Source: an uncultured Clostridia bacterium (GTDB lineage: Bacteria; Bacillota; Clostridia; Oscillospirales; Ruminococcaceae). Taken from it: 58,206 bases of DNA. The translations under genes were made by a program, and so were the position numbers. Location of the stretch: contig CANPZQ010000001.1 in assembly GCA_947588775.1 (NCBI GenBank), positions 1 through 58,206 of the forward strand, in the 5' to 3' direction. This document shows, piece by piece, positions 8,351 to 16,816 of this stretch. Numbering within the stretch: the stretch's first letter is position 1; the number at the start of each line of letters is the position of its first letter. A model generated the notes under the pieces. The model was not told where the DNA came from, made no database searches, and was given only the letters and a program-made list of their open reading frames with translations.

Positions 8351-11170
8351 TTAGTCCTCGCCGAGCTTGAGGGCCTTGTTGATGTTAATCTGCTTAATCA
8401 GCCTCGCGATAACGATGAAACCGACGACAAGCATTACAAGGACTATTACATAGAGCTTGATATAGTCGCTTCTCTGGGAAACAACCTTGAAGGGCGGCAC
8501 CTGGTCGGTGACGTTGTAGAGGACCTGGAAGAGCGGGACGAATATATCCGAAGCGATTCCGCCGATTATAATCGAGAGGAAGATTGAAACCCCCGAAACC
8601 AGCAGCTGCTCGTATACAATCATCGAGATGATTTCCCTGAAGGACATACCCATCGCCCTTAAGATACCGAACTGAAGGGTTCTGCCCTTGATTGAGAGTA
8701 TCCAGTAAATAAGGAAGCCGATGAAGCACATCGCCATAATCGTTATGAACCCGAGGGTGAGCGCGCCGTTTACGCCCTGTAAGACGGCGTCGGTTTTCGA
8801 CGCAATAATAAGCTGGGAGGCGACGTCCATTCTCGTCGCGACGATTCCGTTGTCGGTCGCGGCCTGGTAGAACTCGGCGACGTCAGCTTTATCCTCCATC
8901 GAGAGCCAAACCTGATACGGCTCGGTAATCGTCATTATGCTGACGTAGTCGTAGTTTAGGATAATGAAGTCCTGGTAGTCGCCCTGAGAGTTCTTCTCGT
9001 AGGGGTTCATGCTCGGCCAGTAGTCGACAATCGCGACGACGGTCGTTTCAAACCAGTTGTTTCTCGCCCACTTTACCTCAACGACGTCGCCGAGGTTTAC
9101 GCCCTTCTTATCGGCGTAGGAGCGGGAGATAATCGCGCCGTCCTGACATTCGCCGAGAGCGTTGATGTAGTAGTTTATATGGACCGGCAGAAGGTCGGAG
9201 CGGAACCATGCGACCTGGGCGAACTGGTCGGGAATAATCGCCATCGCCACGCAGTCGGTCTGGTTGGAGTCGTTATAGCGCATCTGCACCATGTCGCGCT
9301 TGAATACCGGAGTCGCGAGCTTTACGCCGGGGAGCGTCGAATAACGCTCAAATTCCGGCTCGGTATACTGGGTGGTCGAGGTTTCCTCCCCGGCCTCCTC
9401 GTCGTATACCTTTACCCTGCTTGTTTTCCACGCCTCCTCGATAACCGCGTCCGCGCCGAGGTTATAGCGGATTCTCTCCTCGGTGTTGCGGTTGATGGCG
9501 CGGGCGGTGTTCGCCGAGAAAATTCCGAGAGCGACGGTTAAAATCAGGAATATCATTATGAACTTTTCCCGTCCCGTCGAGGAGCGGCCGATATTGTTTA
9601 AGGAAATATACGCCGCCGGCGACCAGTGCTTTCGGCCGATGTTGTAGACAAGCCTTATGAAGTAGGGGTAGATTCTTACGCATAAAAGTGCCGCGCCGAG
9701 AATAAATACCGTAGAAGCCGCGAACATCAGCGGGTTCATCGTCGAGGAAGTGTCGACGATTCCCTGACGAATAAGGTTGTCGTTGGTGCGGTTATACCAC
9801 CAGAGCCAGAGCACCGGCAGAACGATGCAGATAACGTCGAGGAAGGAGCGCTGCCAGAAGGGCTTTTTCTGCATATGCGCCTTCGACTGCTTATGCGCGA
9901 CGATTGAAACCCGCGAGGCGGGGATAATAGGCACAAGGGTAGTTATGAAGAATACCCCGACCGCCGCAACCGCGTAGCCGAACGCCGTAAGCGAGAGCTT
10001 CGCGTGAAGAGCGGGGCGGTTTACAAATTCCAAAAATCCGTTTGAAACGCCCAAGACGTTGCATAGCCCGAGCCCCACGAACGGCCCGACGAGTGCCGAA
10101 ACCGCGCCGAGAATAAGTGTTTCGTAGGCGTAGATTCTTAGTATCTGCCAAGCCGACGCGCCGCGCGATTTAAGCATCGCGATTTCGTTTCTCTCGGATT
10201 CGATATTGAGCTGAGATACCATAAACAGGTAGAATATCAGCATCAGAATAACCGGAATGTCGAGCATCAGCATTATATACTTGAGCGAAGCCGCTTTCGA
10301 GGCGTATTCCTCAAGGACCTCCTGCGCGGGGACCTCGAAGGTCGTCGCCTCTTCCTTATACTGCTCGAGCTGCGAGGCGAACTGGTTGCGGACATGCTCA
10401 ATAACGTTCATGTCCATGTGCTGATAGTCGATTATGAAGCGGCAGTCGACCTGGTTGAGGTTTACGATGCCGGTGAAGATGATTTCGTCGGTGAGGGTTA
10501 TGAAGTCGGTGAAGAAGGTGTTGTCATAGTTAGAAAGCCCCTCCGACCAGTAGGTGTCGGTTTCGGACGAGGGCTCGAAAACGCCGACAATCTTTATTTT
10601 CAGGGTATCCTCGGTAACTCTGTCGAGAATGTTCTTTACCTCGTAAACCTGATTGGTGACGAGCTGGGTGAGCTGCAAGGCCTTCTCGGTGCAGATTACC
10701 TCGTAAACGCCGTCGGCGTCCTTCTCGGAGCTGAACATTCTTCCCTGAATGATATTGATGTGGTCGCCTATATCCGTCATTCCGCCCAGCTTCACCATCG
10801 CGGGGTCGCCCTCGGTTTCAAAGTTCGTGACGTAAAGGTACGAATCCGAGGTGAACGCCTTATAGGTTTCATAAGGCACGAACAGGTCGTTGAAACGGTT
10901 CGCCGCGCGGGCGTAGACGTTGTTTACGTTGGCACGCTGGTTTTTCGCGCTCGTGCCGCTTACGAGCGTCTTGGAAACGGCGTAAACGCCGGGATATACC
11001 CCTTTTTCCTCCTGATACGCCTGCATATCCTTAATCAGCATTCGCTGTAAGGACGCGTGCATATATATCGGGATTGTACTCGTCATGGCGGTGGCCATGA
11101 TAAATCCGATAAGAAGACAGATTACCATCCATTTGGTATTGCGCATCTTTCGGAGTAGAAGTGTCAACAT
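8351..11170 (-). CDS. ABC transporter permease with two FtsX-type domains and two large extracytoplasmic domains (MacB-type, 939 aa)
   Basis: TM1, ~270-aa loop, 3 TM, further TMs, second large loop, 3 C-terminal TM; GGAGGA RBS before ATG 11170. Confidence 0.8.
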   Translation of the reverse strand: MLTLLLRKMRNTKWMVICLLIGFIMATAMTSTIPIYMHASLQRMLIKDMQAYQEEKGVYPGVYAVSKTLVSGTSAKNQRANVNNVYARAANRFNDLFVPYETYKAFTSDSYLYVTNFETEGDPAMVKLGGMTDIGDHINIIQGRMFSSEKDADGVYEVICTEKALQLTQLVTNQVYEVKNILDRVTEDTLKIKIVGVFEPSSETDTYWSEGLSNYDNTFFTDFITLTDEIIFTGIVNLNQVDCRFIIDYQHMDMNVIEHVRNQFASQLEQYKEEATTFEVPAQEVLEEYASKAASLKYIMLMLDIPVILMLIFYLFMVSQLNIESERNEIAMLKSRGASAWQILRIYAYETLILGAVSALVGPFVGLGLCNVLGVSNGFLEFVNRPALHAKLSLTAFGYAVAAVGVFFITTLVPIIPASRVSIVAHKQSKAHMQKKPFWQRSFLDVICIVLPVLWLWWYNRTNDNLIRQGIVDTSSTMNPLMFAASTVFILGAALLCVRIYPYFIRLVYNIGRKHWSPAAYISLNNIGRSSTGREKFIMIFLILTVALGIFSANTARAINRNTEERIRYNLGADAVIEEAWKTSRVKVYDEEAGEETSTTQYTEPEFERYSTLPGVKLATPVFKRDMVQMRYNDSNQTDCVAMAIIPDQFAQVAWFRSDLLPVHINYYINALGECQDGAIISRSYADKKGVNLGDVVEVKWARNNWFETTVVAIVDYWPSMNPYEKNSQGDYQDFIILNYDYVSIMTITEPYQVWLSMEDKADVAEFYQAATDNGIVATRMDVASQLIIASKTDAVLQGVNGALTLGFITIMAMCFIGFLIYWILSIKGRTLQFGILRAMGMSFREIISMIVYEQLLVSGVSIFLSIIIGGIASDIFVPLFQVLYNVTDQVPPFKVVSQRSDYIKLYVIVLVMLVVGFIVIARLIKQININKALKLGED

Positions 11171-11210
11171 CGTGATTCCTCCATGCTGTTAAATTCCGCA
11201 AAACGCGCTT

Positions 11211-12260
11211 CTATCTGATTATTACCTCGTCGCCGGGTTCAAGTCCCGAGGTTATCTCGACGAGCGAGCCGCTCTGAAGTCCCAAAGAAACGTTTACCGG
11301 CACGCGCTCGTTGTCTTTGAACACATATACGCAGTCCACGCCGTTGACCTTCTTAACGAGGTTCGCCGAAATAACGATTACGTTTTCGCGCTTGTCAAGA
11401 ACGAGTATAGTATCGGCGATATTTCCGACCGCCGAGCTCTCGGGAATCAGGTCGTTGAACTTAACGATAATATCCTCCGACTGCTCGCCCAAAACCTCCT
11501 CGCCGTTCGCGTCAACCTTTGCGGCCTCGGTGGCTTCGTCCCACTGAAGTCCCGACTTGTTGCGGACGATTGTTCCGTCGTAGTATTCGCCCTCGTAGCG
11601 AATAGAAATCGGGCGGCCGATCATGAACTGGTCGTTGTCGTTAGACGGGTCGATTTTTATATACAAATCGGTGATGTCGATAATCGTGACGATTGTTTCG
11701 CCGGCGTTAATCCAGTCGCCGGGGGAGCAGGTTCTTACATAGGAAACCGTTCCGCCGACCTCGGCGTAAATCTTCGCGGCCTCCTTGTCGGCATAGAGCT
11801 TATCCAAATCGTTCTGCATAAGCTGAACGTCCAAAAGCTCCTTTTGCTTGACGGTTTCGGACTCGTGCTTTTCGACTGCGATGTCGTATTCGAGCTGCTC
11901 GCGCAAAAGCTCAAGCTCGCCACGCTCAAGCTGCTTGTCGAGCTCGTAGGTGTCGTATTCGGCCAAAAGCTGGCCCTGCTCCACAACGTCGCCCGCGGAA
12001 ACGTATACCGCCTTGATGTTTCCGCCGACGTCGGAGAACCTCGCGTTGTACTCGGTTCCCGAGGCGATGTTGCCGGGGGTGAGAATCTGCTTCGTGATGT
12101 CCTTAAGCTCCGCTGTCGTCGTCGTATAGGATACCTCGCTCGCCTTTACTACCGGAGGCTCTAAAAGCTCCTCCTCCTTCGGCAGGAAATAGCACCCCGT
12201 TAGCGACGACATCGCTAAAATTGCCGCGCTTAGTATGGATATTGTCTTTGACGGTTTCAT
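11211..12260 (-). CDS. HlyD/MacA-type periplasmic adaptor lipoprotein
   Basis: lipobox LTGC; lipoyl-like GDVVEQGQLLAEYD, long coiled coil, beta-barrel C-terminus. Confidence 0.8.
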   Translation of the reverse strand: MKPSKTISILSAAILAMSSLTGCYFLPKEEELLEPPVVKASEVSYTTTTAELKDITKQILTPGNIASGTEYNARFSDVGGNIKAVYVSAGDVVEQGQLLAEYDTYELDKQLERGELELLREQLEYDIAVEKHESETVKQKELLDVQLMQNDLDKLYADKEAAKIYAEVGGTVSYVRTCSPGDWINAGETIVTIIDITDLYIKIDPSNDNDQFMIGRPISIRYEGEYYDGTIVRNKSGLQWDEATEAAKVDANGEEVLGEQSEDIIVKFNDLIPESSAVGNIADTILVLDKRENVIVISANLVKKVNGVDCVYVFKDNERVPVNVSLGLQSGSLVEITSGLEPGDEVIIR

Positions 12261-12371
12261 AATGTTCCTCCTGATGGGTTTTTATTGCAATCAGACCTCG
12301 CCCCGAAGCCGCGGCTTAGTCAGAGGTGTATGCGAAAATATATAAACGGCAAGTAATACCCTTCGGATATA

Positions 12372-13961
12372 TTACCGATTGTATTCGATTTTATCCTTTG
12401 TGACGACAAAGGAGTTGTTGTAAAAGCTCACCCAGAGCGTCGCGGGGGTATAGCTCCCCGATGCGGAATATTCGCCCGTCCATGCCGAGCAAAAGCTCCA
12501 TGCCGCTCCGTCGCGCGCCGCCAAAAGGGGCTGCGGGAGGGTCGAAGCCTCGCTAAGGGCAATCGGCTTGCTTTCGGAAATCTCCCGCGCGGCCGCCATA
12601 AGGCTTATGCCGCTGCCGAGGGATTCGCCCTCGTTAAGATATACGTCGAGGGAAATTATGTCGCACATTTCGTCGCCGACGTACCATTCGGGGCTCTGGC
12701 CGTTCCATATCCAAATCAGATTGTCGAGGCCGTGGTAGAGGGTCATCCTCTCAAAAATCAACTTGTATATCCAAAGATAGCTTTCCGCGCTCTTCGACCA
12801 CCAGAACTGACCGCCCGAGGCTTCGGGGAGGGGCCGGAAAAGAACCGGGATTCCCTCGTCCCTAAGACGCTTTAAAGCGTCGGCAGCTCTGTCGATTCCG
12901 TCAATCAGCGCGAGGGTTTCCGCCCCGATTGCGCCGTCGCCGTAGCGGAGCGCGAGGGCCTCGCCCTCCATAGTCGCGATGTCGAGGCTTGTTACCGCTT
13001 TTTCGGCGTCGAAGGCGGTTTTTTCGGCGTATACCGAGCCGTTTTGCGTCCAGTTCCAGACGTAGCCGACGATTCCGCCCGACTTCGCCCACTCGATTGC
13101 AAGCTCGACGTCGCCGCTGTCCGCGCCGGCCGAGTAGCCCATCAGCTCCCCGAACCGAATCGCGGGATATTTCCCCGTTAAATAATAAATTTCGTCAAGC
13201 TCGGCGTTTGTTCCCTGCGAGGCTTGCTGCCCGCTGAGAATTTTTTTGCCGTAATTGCTTAAAATATATTCGTAAAGCTCCCGTGCCTCCAAAGACGGCT
13301 CCTTTGTGCAGAGAGCCGCGTCCTCGGGGAGCGCGAAATCCGCATGCGGCTCGCCGTCCTCGATTAAAACGCAGTCGAGGTCGACCGGCGCAGTCATGTC
13401 CGAAAAGCCAAGCTCGCATGTCCCCGCCGGGAGAAAAACGTTTTCAAACCGAAGGCTCTCAAAGCCCTGCCCCGAAAGGGCAAAGCACCCGTATTCGAGG
13501 CCGCCGATGTAAAGCTTCCCCGAAGCGGGCTCGTCGGAGGCCGCCCGAAGGGTCAGCGAATAGTGCTGCGGCGACGGAACGTCAAGAACGAAGGATACGC
13601 CCGAATCGCCGTATGCGCCCGAAATGTACCCCGCGCCGGAATAACCCTCGCGGAGGTCGGCCGCCTGCCCGCCGGCGGCGGTATGCTCGAGCTCAATCAG
13701 AAGCTCAAAATCCTCGGAAACGCACTCGGGGAGCGAAATTTCCTGTTCGGAATATTTCGGCGGCTCGGGCGTCGGCGGAGGCGGAGGCGTTGTTTCGGGC
13801 GGAAGCGTTTCGGGAAGGCTCTGGGTAAAGAACGAAATCCCCTGCGTTTGGCCCGGCTGCGGCTCCGGTGCGGCCTGAGAGCAAGCCGCGAGGAGAATCG
13901 CCGCGCCGATCAGCATAGCGGTCAGTCTGTACATGATTTTCTCCGTTGTTGATTTATTCAA
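12372..13961 (-). CDS. lipoprotein with N-terminal CBM-like module and GH26-like (beta-mannanase family) catalytic domain
   Basis: lipobox LAAC; ILSGQQ, FRPLPEASGGQFWW (cf. GH26 RPxHExxGxWFWW), LDNLIWIWN, CDIISLDVY, PIALSEAS. Confidence 0.7.
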   Translation of the reverse strand: MNKSTTEKIMYRLTAMLIGAAILLAACSQAAPEPQPGQTQGISFFTQSLPETLPPETTPPPPPTPEPPKYSEQEISLPECVSEDFELLIELEHTAAGGQAADLREGYSGAGYISGAYGDSGVSFVLDVPSPQHYSLTLRAASDEPASGKLYIGGLEYGCFALSGQGFESLRFENVFLPAGTCELGFSDMTAPVDLDCVLIEDGEPHADFALPEDAALCTKEPSLEARELYEYILSNYGKKILSGQQASQGTNAELDEIYYLTGKYPAIRFGELMGYSAGADSGDVELAIEWAKSGGIVGYVWNWTQNGSVYAEKTAFDAEKAVTSLDIATMEGEALALRYGDGAIGAETLALIDGIDRAADALKRLRDEGIPVLFRPLPEASGGQFWWSKSAESYLWIYKLIFERMTLYHGLDNLIWIWNGQSPEWYVGDEMCDIISLDVYLNEGESLGSGISLMAAAREISESKPIALSEASTLPQPLLAARDGAAWSFCSAWTGEYSASGSYTPATLWVSFYNNSFVVTKDKIEYNR

Positions 13962-14302
13962 GGTGCGGAAAAGAAAAATTCAAAAGTTTTCGTCAACCTT
14001 TTTTCAAAAGGTTGCGGGGTCAAGGGGCGGAGCCCCTTGTCGCGGCCCGCAGGCCGCGAAATCTCTCATACTCCCCAAAGCGCAGGAGGGGGAGCCAAGA
14101 AATCAGTCCGGCGGACTGTTTTTGCGGGGGAACCCTCGCCTACGACAGCGGAACAAAACTCTTTGAGGACGAGCGGTCGGTCATTTATGACCGCGAAGTC
14201 CGAAAAGCAAGTTTTGTCGCCGGCGTTGGTTTCCACAACAAAGAAGGCTCTTTTACCCATGCTTGTTCGTTTTGCGAAGCCCGGGTTGAGGCACTTTGTC
14301 AG

Positions 14303-14389
14303 GGGGCGCGGGGACGGAGCGGGAACAAATCGCTAAGGTGGGAGGGCGGGCGGGTGGGGCCAACCCAACCAGCGCAGTCCCCGCGCCCC
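14303..14389 (+). repeat. hairpin/G-core repeat unit U4
   Basis: arms ggggcgcggggac / gtccccgcgcccc exact complements; interior gggagggcgggcgggtgggg. Confidence 0.8.
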
Positions 14390-14402
14390 CATTCGCGACG
14401 AA

Positions 14403-14445
14403 CCCGTCCCCCGAAGCCCAACGGGCTGAGCGGGGATGGGTGAGG
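14403..14445 (-). repeat. nested-hairpin module B, copy 2 (inverted relative to 5597-5644)
   Basis: reverse complement reads cctcacccatccccgctcagcccgttgggcttcgggggacggg. Confidence 0.8.
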
Positions 14446-14672
14446 AACGAATCCGGTAAGAGCCGCAGAGTTCAGAAGTCAGAAAACAGACGGAAAGAGC
14501 CCGAAAATACCCGAAATTCGGTACCCGCCCCGCCATCTCCCCTCATTCATCCCAAATCCCCCATTCCCCGATTTACTCTCAACAGCCCGCCGCCCGATTT
14601 TGCAGGCGGCAGGCCGTGAGCGTTGATTTTTTGCCGAATTCCGGCTCAAATACAAAACTTTCGGATTTCAGA

Positions 14673-15809
14673 TTACATACCTGTAAGTCCGGAACGCGCA
14701 AGACCCTCGGTGAAGTATTTCTGCAAGAATATGTACATCACGAGTATCGGCGCAATCGTCAGCAAGCACCCGGATTCGAGCCAGACTATCTTCTTTCTCG
14801 TGCCGACCTGAGCACCCGCGAACAGCTGCTGGTCGAGGTTGCCCGAAAGCTTCTGCAGCGCGAGCGAAACCGTGTTGTTGTTGAGGAAGAAGGTCGAGGA
14901 AATGTAGTAGTCGTTCCAGTACCAGACTATCGCGAAGAGGAATACGGTGAGGAAGGACGACGAAGCGTTCGGCACCATAATCCTGATGAACGTCTTGAGC
15001 GGACCGCAGCCGTCGAGATAGGCGGCGTCCTCAAGCTCAATCGGAAGTCCGCGGAAGAACTGGCGGAAGATGAAGATGAACAGTCCCGATTTGATGCCGT
15101 TCGCAAAGAGCGCGGGCCAGTACATTACTATCGGGTTGTCAATCAGGGAGGCGTACAGAGCCCCGGTCGGGGTGCCGTTCGCGTCGGTAATCGCCTTGAT
15201 GTTCGCTCCGAGGAAGGTCGTCATTCCGAGCTTGGAGCAGAGCTTTACAATTCCGGCTCCCTGGAAGAACGCCCACTGGAGATAGAGCGGGATAACCGTA
15301 ATCTGCGGCGGAACGATAATCTGCATGATTACCACCGCGAAGCAGATGCCCTTGCCCTTGAAGTTGAATCTCGCAAGGCCGTAGCCGGTGAGGGCGCAGG
15401 TTATAACCGAGAACAGCGAGCAGACGAGGTTGATTTTCAGCGTGTTGATTAACGCCTCGTCGAATTTCATGATTCCCCATACGTCCGCCATGTTTGAAAT
15501 CGTAAGGCTCTTCGGAATCCAGATAATCGACGGGTCGGTCATCTGGACGTTCGGCCTGAAGGCCGTCGAGAACATGTAGATGAGCGGATAGAGTATGACG
15601 AAGCAGAGCCCGAAGAGAATCAGGAACCTGAAGAAGGGCCAAACCTTCGAGAGAATCGCCTTTCTTCTCAAATAGGCGGTGTGCTCGGGGGATATTATGC
15701 GCTCGTCGAGGGTTCCCGCCTTTTTCGCGGCCTTATAGGCCTTGGCGCGCTCCTTTAAAGCCTTCTGGCGTTCGCGTTCAAATTGCTTTTCTTCTTTTGC
15801 AGTTGCCAT
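14673..15809 (-). CDS. carbohydrate ABC transporter permease (MalG-type) with Lys-rich N-terminal tail
   Basis: 6 TM, type I importer permease layout; GGGAGGGA RBS; 14-nt gap to the upstream permease gene. Confidence 0.8.
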   Translation of the reverse strand: MATAKEEKQFERERQKALKERAKAYKAAKKAGTLDERIISPEHTAYLRRKAILSKVWPFFRFLILFGLCFVILYPLIYMFSTAFRPNVQMTDPSIIWIPKSLTISNMADVWGIMKFDEALINTLKINLVCSLFSVITCALTGYGLARFNFKGKGICFAVVIMQIIVPPQITVIPLYLQWAFFQGAGIVKLCSKLGMTTFLGANIKAITDANGTPTGALYASLIDNPIVMYWPALFANGIKSGLFIFIFRQFFRGLPIELEDAAYLDGCGPLKTFIRIMVPNASSSFLTVFLFAIVWYWNDYYISSTFFLNNNTVSLALQKLSGNLDQQLFAGAQVGTRKKIVWLESGCLLTIAPILVMYIFLQKYFTEGLARSGLTGM

Positions 15810-15823
15810 TCAATATCCCTCCC

Positions 15824-16816
15824 TTACACTTCGTAGTAAACGAATTTGTTGAGTATCGGCAAGACGATTGCGAGCGCGGCGATTACTATGATGAAGTAGG
15901 ACCACGCCATGGCTGCCGAATAGCCGTGCTCCCAGCCCGACGCCTTCTGTAAAACGAGCGTCATAACTCCGTTGGCGGGGTCGATGAAGGAGTCAACGAT
16001 GGTGTAGATGAGGTTGGTGACTATCATCGGGGAGATGTAGGGAATCGTAATCTTCCAGAAGAACTCCCACGCCGTTGCTCCCTCAATCGAGGCGGCCTCC
16101 TTTGCGGAATAGGGGATATTCTGCAGGGCCGAGAGGAAGATTATAATCTGGATACCGGAATCCCATACGAGGTTGAATACGTTCGACGTAATCGTCGAGA
16201 GCATGTCTGTTACCTTGTCGCTGATGTTGTAAACGCCGAGGAAGTTCATAAGTGCTCCCGTCATATCCGTTTCAAACATCGTCGAGAATTGCTCCGCGCC
16301 TCCCGAGTAGCCCGAGGTGTCCATATCGCCGTTTATAATCGAGATAACCGGACCGGTGGCGATTATAACCGGGAGGAAGAATACCGCGCGGGCGAAGGTT
16401 CTGCCCTTGAACTTCTGGTTTAAGATTACCGCGATGAAGATTGAGAATACGATAATCAGCGGGGTCTGCCAGAGGGTGTCCCTTAGAACCGCAAGAAGGG
16501 CTTCGGTATACTCGGTGTCCTCTCTGAACGCGCGAATGTAGTTGTTGATGCCGACAAACTTTGTTCCCATATAGCCGAGGTTTACCTGGGTTTCGTTTAA
16601 CGAATACCAGAGGGAAACGGCGAGCGGCCTCAGGAAGAAGTAAATCGTACCGATAATCCAGATGGCAAGGAAGCCGTAGGCGTAAAGTGCCTTGCGCTTT
16701 TCATAGGCAATCCTCAGACCCTTGGGCTGCTTTTGTTTTGGAGCCTTCGGCGTCTTGGGAGCCTTTTCGGGCTTTACCTTTACCTCCTTGACGGCGGTGT
16801 TAGTTGAATCTGCCAT
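15824..16816 (-). CDS. sugar ABC transporter permease (MalF-type) with Lys/Pro-rich N-terminal tail
   Basis: multi-TM permease; start ATG overlaps the upstream stop (TAATG). Confidence 0.8.
   Translation of the reverse strand: MADSTNTAVKEVKVKPEKAPKTPKAPKQKQPKGLRIAYEKRKALYAYGFLAIWIIGTIYFFLRPLAVSLWYSLNETQVNLGYMGTKFVGINNYIRAFREDTEYTEALLAVLRDTLWQTPLIIVFSIFIAVILNQKFKGRTFARAVFFLPVIIATGPVISIINGDMDTSGYSGGAEQFSTMFETDMTGALMNFLGVYNISDKVTDMLSTITSNVFNLVWDSGIQIIIFLSALQNIPYSAKEAASIEGATAWEFFWKITIPYISPMIVTNLIYTIVDSFIDPANGVMTLVLQKASGWEHGYSAAMAWSYFIIVIAALAIVLPILNKFVYYEV

Noticed and set aside
14616-15452. 278-aa plus-strand ORF
   Set aside because: It is antisense to the MalG-type permease gene, with an Arg/Glu-rich nonsense-like sequence.
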